From assembly GCA_000708835.1 (NCBI GenBank), contig DF237127.1, positions 1 through 64,000 of the forward strand: a stretch of DNA of 64,000 nt. Direction: 5' to 3'. A program made the translations under genes and the position numbers. The notes under the pieces were generated by a model that made no database searches, had not been told where the DNA came from, and saw only the letters and a list, made by a program, of their open reading frames with translations. Source of the stretch: Klebsormidium nitens (lineage: Eukaryota; Plantae; Klebsormidiophyceae). Within the stretch, counting starts at the first letter, position 1. The number at the start of each line of letters is the position of its first letter. Below are positions 59,001-64,000 of the stretch, one piece after another.

Positions 59001-62000
59001 CCCGTCCTTCGAAGCCTGATGTGGCTGACGCCAAGAGAGTTGACAGGGACGGCCGGGCTCAATACCTTTTCGTTTTGTTTGCATCTGCAGTACCCAGTAT
59101 TTGGATTCTGGCTGCTGCCGAATGTCCGTTTGTCGGGAGTAGGTGCTCGATTCAGCGCCACTTCGGCACTCAAAAGGCCTGGAGAAACACCGCCAAAGTT
59201 CCTTGTCGCCTGAAGAGACGTTCACCTAGTCGATTTGGTAGAAACGATCCGTTACTGAAAAGAACGATGCAGAAGTATCGTGCACTGTCAAGAACCTTCC
59301 GGCATGTGTCAGGAATCGAGAGGGAATGCAAATGCGACCCTTCCGCAGGTTGCCCAAGGCGCCTCAAAGGAGGTCCTCAAGTCCGGCTCCAAGGAATGCG
59401 CTCGCATAACCTTTGATGACCCTCCGCCTCTGATATTTCTGACTGCCATTTGCTCAGCATGTAGGATCGCTTTCTCTGCAGGCTGCGGAGGGCGCCTCAA
59501 AGGAGGTCGTCAATTTCGGGTCCAAGGAAGGCGCCCTGTTCTCCTTTGATGTTCCTATCGCCGTTGACAATCCTGTATGCTCTTTTCTTAGCATTTACAA
59601 GCTTAAATTGTCCACAGGGTGCGGAAGGCGCCTCAAAGGAGGTCGTCAAGTCCGGTTCCAAGGAAGGCGCGCGCGACGCCGCTGCCCGTGCGTCCAAGAA
59701 GAAGAGCGTGAAGAAACGGAGTTGGGAGAAGCCTTGGTGGACGCGCAGCGAGGGGCCCATCCCCTTCGAGATGGCCGCCGTCGGGATCGCGCTCGCGCTG
59801 CTACTCATGTTCTTTTTTGTGGTGAGCACTTCCGGCGCTGGTTCCTGGCTTCGTGGTGAAAAGTATGCATTATGAGGTGGCAGCCATTCTGTCAAGGACG
59901 TAATGGAAGACTCCGGAAGAGATCAGGAACGTGAGGCGTTCCTATCTTTCAACTGGATAGGACGTAATGGAGGACTCCGCATTAGGGTTGGGTTGAGTGT
60001 GAATCATGTGTCCATCCTTCCCCATGAAACATTTCTATTGAGCTAAGGTTGCCTTCTAAGCCGAAATACTCGGAAACGGAGGCGAGAACTGTTGTATCAG
60101 GGGTTGCTGTATACACCAAAAACTGCTCCGCTTAGCACCAAAAACTCGACGGTGGCTCCCTAAAATAAGGCATCTCGATATTTGAATTGCAGCTGCACTG
60201 TGTGTGGGCGAGCGCAGAGGCGTACTCCGCCCCGTCGATCGTACTCGCTTCTCACAACCCCGACGGCTCCACGCACATTTTCGACGACTTCAGAGAGGCG
60301 TACGGCTGGCTCAGGCACAACACGGACGAGAACACGAAAGTGAGTTGACCACATCTATTGAGGTTGCAATGTTCTGAGGTTTGTTTTATGTACGAATACT
60401 GCATGCCGCTTGACGAGACCAGAAACTAAGAATGATCTTGCGCAAACGGCTTTAGTTCTTTGCTGTTTGGCGACCGTACGAAGCATCCTGGAATTTCAAT
60501 ATGCAGTTGCGAAACCTTGTTGGGGCATCTATTGTTTAGCAGGATGTGGTGTCCACTTGTTCCCTCCGGTTTACTAGCAATGAAGCTGATTGTGACCCCG
60601 AATAGTCCCCGTCAACCCCCGTCGGAGAGTTTCTGAAGCTCCCAGTCGGAGTTGCAATCTTTTCTCTTCTTAGGGGTAAGATTTGCAGCACTTTCGGTCC
60701 AGAGCTTCTTTTCCCACAGGTCTTTTCAATTGTAGCACCCAAAGATTGAACGTTGTTCCTGACACATACAGGTCAGACCTGTTGATGGAACAAGTCGATC
60801 CAGATCACGGCAGACGACAATGCCTGCCTTTACTGTCTGGCCGGTCCCGATTTTTGCATCTTAAGTTCGCGGTTCTATCGCCTTGGATTTGGTTTGGGCT
60901 TTTTTAGGGTTTTAGGGTTTTAGGGAAAGGAAGGGAAAGGAACGTGACTGGGGTCCACATGGAGGTCCATCAAGATTCCATTACCATCCCGATGCGTGAA
61001 CTGGGGATCGCAAGGCTGCTTAAACAGCCCGCACTATGTGTTCATCGGCACATGGATCACATAAACGTCCTTGTCGCTGGCTTACAAAAGTTGGAACACT
61101 TTAGAAAGCACCAATTCTAAGACGGTCGCTCCTCTTGCCAGGTGGCGTCTTGGTGGGATTACGGTTACCAGACGACGGCGATGGCGAATCGGACGGTCAT
61201 CGTAGACAACAACACGTGGAACAACACGCATATCGCCACCGTTGGGATGGCCATGTCGTCGCCCGAAAGGGAGGCCTGGAAGATCTTCAAGAGCCTGGAC
61301 GTAGAATACGTGTTTGTCATTTTTGGAGGTCCGTTCCGCTCTTTCCACTGCTATCTTCTGTGCTACCGTTTTGGTACTTGCCTGGTTTTGCCGCCATTTT
61401 TGCCTCTGCAATGTCTGTTCTGTTGTTTCTGCGGCCGGCGAAGTTCCTTTGTTGTGGCGGTGTGAAGCCCTCCCTAGTCTGCCTGCGTAGACTTTATTTT
61501 CTCTTCCCTTTACGTAGCTACTACTGCAGCTAAGGCTTTGGTTACTGGTGGCAACTCCTAGATAAGCCGCTTGAACAGCCCGACTGCCTCTTCTTTTCTG
61601 ACTTGTAGCAGTCGGATCACTTGGAGTGAGCGGCTCGATTTTCCAGCGGCTCGAGTCGAAGGTCTTGGTGTTGCATCCTCGAAAAGGCAAACTTTGGCAT
61701 GCTTGGTGTACGGCTCTGGAGCGAAGGAGCTGACTTCTGTCTTCTGCTGTTCCATCACCTTTAAGCCCAGCCGAGACAATCAATCCGTGGCAGATGCCAA
61801 TCTTCGCTATTTCCAGACACACATGCATCAATTTCCTTTTCTCGGCTAGTAAGCTCTCGTCCTGTCGGCAGTGCCTTTTGGTCCGCTCCGTCCCATCTCA
61901 AATGCAACCCGCATCCTCGATCTCAAACAGTCTTCACTATTCAAATTGGACTCAGTCGTGATGCTTCTTATCCTTGTTTGTGCGCAGGCTTCGTTGGCTA

Positions 62001-64000
62001 CTCCGGTGACGACATCGCCAAGTTCCTGTGGATGGTCCGTATCGGTGGGGGAGTCTACCCGCACATTAAGGAGCCGGATTACCTGGTGCGCTTTGTTCCG
62101 CGTTTTCGCACTTGACTCCCTGTCTTGGCTTTGTTACCGCCTTCCCCCATTGAGCTGTGATTCGAGGGGGAACCCCGCTTCAGAAGACTGCCCACCTTCC
62201 TCCCTCCGTTGTTCAGGGGAAGGGGGGAGGTGTCGCCTTCTCAATAATCCTTTGCAATGCTTCTGCTGCCTAAGTTCTGCACATGCTGAATCGGCTCTGA
62301 CGTGTTTTCGTAACCCGTTGAAGGCGGTAATTTTGCACTCCCAAAGCTGATGAGGCTTCGTCTGCTTTCCCCTTCCCACCCTCTTCTGTCTGCTTGTATT
62401 GACATCGAATCTAATTGCCTTGATTGCCCTGTCTGATCCTTCTTTTTTGACCTTCTTTAAGCTACATCAGTGACGCTCCAGCCATCGTTTAGAATCAGAA
62501 ATTGCCAGGGCTCAGGCCTTTTCCTTTTGAATGGGAAACTTTTGAGTAGAAAAACACGAAAGCCTTGGCCGCACTGAAGAGGGTCTGGCAAAGACCAAAC
62601 ACTCTTCTCTTGCAATAAGAACAAGGATAATTTAGAAGGACGGAACTCTGGAAAAGCGATTTTAGCCTTTCTTTCTTTCCCATCGATAGAAAGGAGGTTG
62701 TGGGCTCAGCCTGAGTTGGGTTGTCGATCCCCTTGAGTGTTCTTTGCTAGCCTCTCCTCATTTGCTATCGCTCTTTTTCCTTGTGCAGAAGCACGGGAGC
62801 TACCGCATTGACTCGGGAGCCACCTCCACGATGCTCAACTGCCTCATGTATAAGCTGTCGTACTACAGGTAAGCAAGCGCGTTGCTCTCAGCGCATCCCC
62901 CTTTTGATTGCAACATCCTTATTGAGCTTTCTTTACCCGACGTAGTGGTTCTCAGAGCGAGCTAGCCAGACCAAAGTGCAACCCATGCAGCTCGTCCATG
63001 TGTCAATATCTTTACTCGACTCGTCGTTCCTTGAGCATGGTTCGGATATCAGTCATTTCTTAAGCACGGTTCAGTTAGCAAATTTCCCTTCTGCACAGAA
63101 TATTTGGCTTTCGTGCAGGTCTTAGACACCGTTCCCACAGCGTCATTTCTTGAGCCCGGTTCGGTCAATGGTCGTTCTTTAGCAGGGTCGGTCAGCAGAA
63201 CCTCCATTTCAATTTGGAAGCCATTTTTTCTGTCTTTTCGTTCAGGTTTGCGGATGCCACCATGGCGCCGGATGGTACTTCGGGGTACGACCGTGTCCGG
63301 CGGACGGAGATTGGCAAGAAGAACATCAAGCTGCGGTACTTTGAGGAGGTAAGGACTACTCTTCTACTCTCGTTGGCGTCCCCCTAAGCAAGCGTTTCTG
63401 GGATCAGCTTGACGACCTCAAAGGACCGTTGTTGTGTTACGTGACAGAGTACTGTCAGTTTCTGCTGCTTCTGGCTCGTAGAGGCCAATGATGATGGACT
63501 TACAGTCACATGTGTAGAAGCTTACGGAAAGCGTTGTCTGCCCCAAACATGCTCATTTTAAGGGTGCTTGTTGCATCGCCGATGTTGATGAGATTTCGCA
63601 AACGACTCCCGGGTGGGGCGATGCGCCGCCTGCAGTGAAGGCGGTGGTTGAAACCTAGCCATTGTCGGACCTCTCTCAATTTGCCTTCAATATATGAGAT
63701 CCTCAAGATAGGGATGCTTCACACTGTCAATTTACCGAATGCTTATCCGACATGCATGTAGATGTTGTGTCTACAAGCTTTAGGCCATGAGCGTACTTAG
63801 TTGCAGGCCGCAAAATCATGTGTCAAAACAGTCCGAGGATATTTTCGAAGTTGGGCTCCTTCAGTTCACAAAGAAGGTTTTCAGAATCTTGACATTGCTC
63901 TGTTTCCCAGGTGTTCACGACGCACCATTGGATGGTGCGCATCTACCGGCTGAAGGACGTGCCCAACCGGCAGAAGGGCGCGCGGAAGAAGGCAGCCAAG
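53043..64000 (+). CDS. STT3A: Oligosaccharyltransferase catalytic subunit STT3A, 17 exons, 3' end beyond the window
   Basis: Exons 53043-53150, 53945-54007, 54313-54440, 54857-54963, 55324-55530, 56078-56191, 56526-56716, 57256-57351, 57971-58091, 58618-58851, 59618-59821, 60193-60339, 61142-61328, 61988-62085, 62789-62868, 63246-63348, 63911-64000. Motifs [99 protein letters not shown] (plant STT3A-type). Confidence 0.96.
54577..54612. other. Perfect 16-bp inverted repeat with 4-nt loop in STT3A intron 3
   Basis: ACTATGCGCTGATTGC-TTGT-GCAATCAGCGCATAGT. Confidence 0.9.
59340..59680 (+). repeat. Two echoes of the acceptor end of STT3A exon 59618-59821
   Basis: GCGCCTCAAAGGAGGTC at 59359, 59492 and 59628 (exon), each preceded by a CAG acceptor. 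Confidence 0.9.
60902..60925 (+). repeat. Interstitial telomere-type repeat (TTTTAGGG)3 in an STT3A intron
   Basis: TTTTAGGGTTTTAGGGTTTTAGGG read directly, followed by AAAGGAAGGGAAAGG. Confidence 0.85.

Noticed and set aside
1-64000. tRNA, rRNA or viral/bacterial genes
   Set aside because: No cloverleaf, rRNA-conserved segments or intronless prokaryotic/viral-type ORFs were recognised.

Overview
Eukaryotic, intron-rich (GT-AG) genomic DNA, most likely from a charophyte green alga such as Klebsormidium. This is inferred from plant-type KOB1/STT3A/MTN genes sitting next to an axonemal-type dynein and TTTTAGGG repeats; no database search was run. Five genes alternate in orientation (+ - + - +): (1) a coiled-coil hypothetical protein, 762-4768 (+); (2) a ~33 kb, 28-29 exon, very divergent dynein heavy chain-like gene, 5536-38345/38792 (-), whose AAA1 Walker A and B residues are lost and which stops right after the AAA6 large domain; (3) MTA/SAH nucleosidase MTN, 39060-42773 (+); (4) KOBITO1-like glycosyltransferase, 44075-52246 (-), with an N-gap in one intron; (5) STT3A, from 53043 (+) off the window end. 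The most striking unexplained structure is a window-wide pattern of 'exon echoes': about 20 exon-intron junctions are tandemly re-copied 1-5 times into the adjacent intron, often with intact splice sites and mostly ~130-200 bp spacing. Also seen: an approximately 20-fold excess of TGACGTCA concentrated in the dynein gene, a TA-flanked MITE, telo-boxes at gene starts and two compact head-to-head promoters. Exon boundaries were read by hand and may be off by a few bases.
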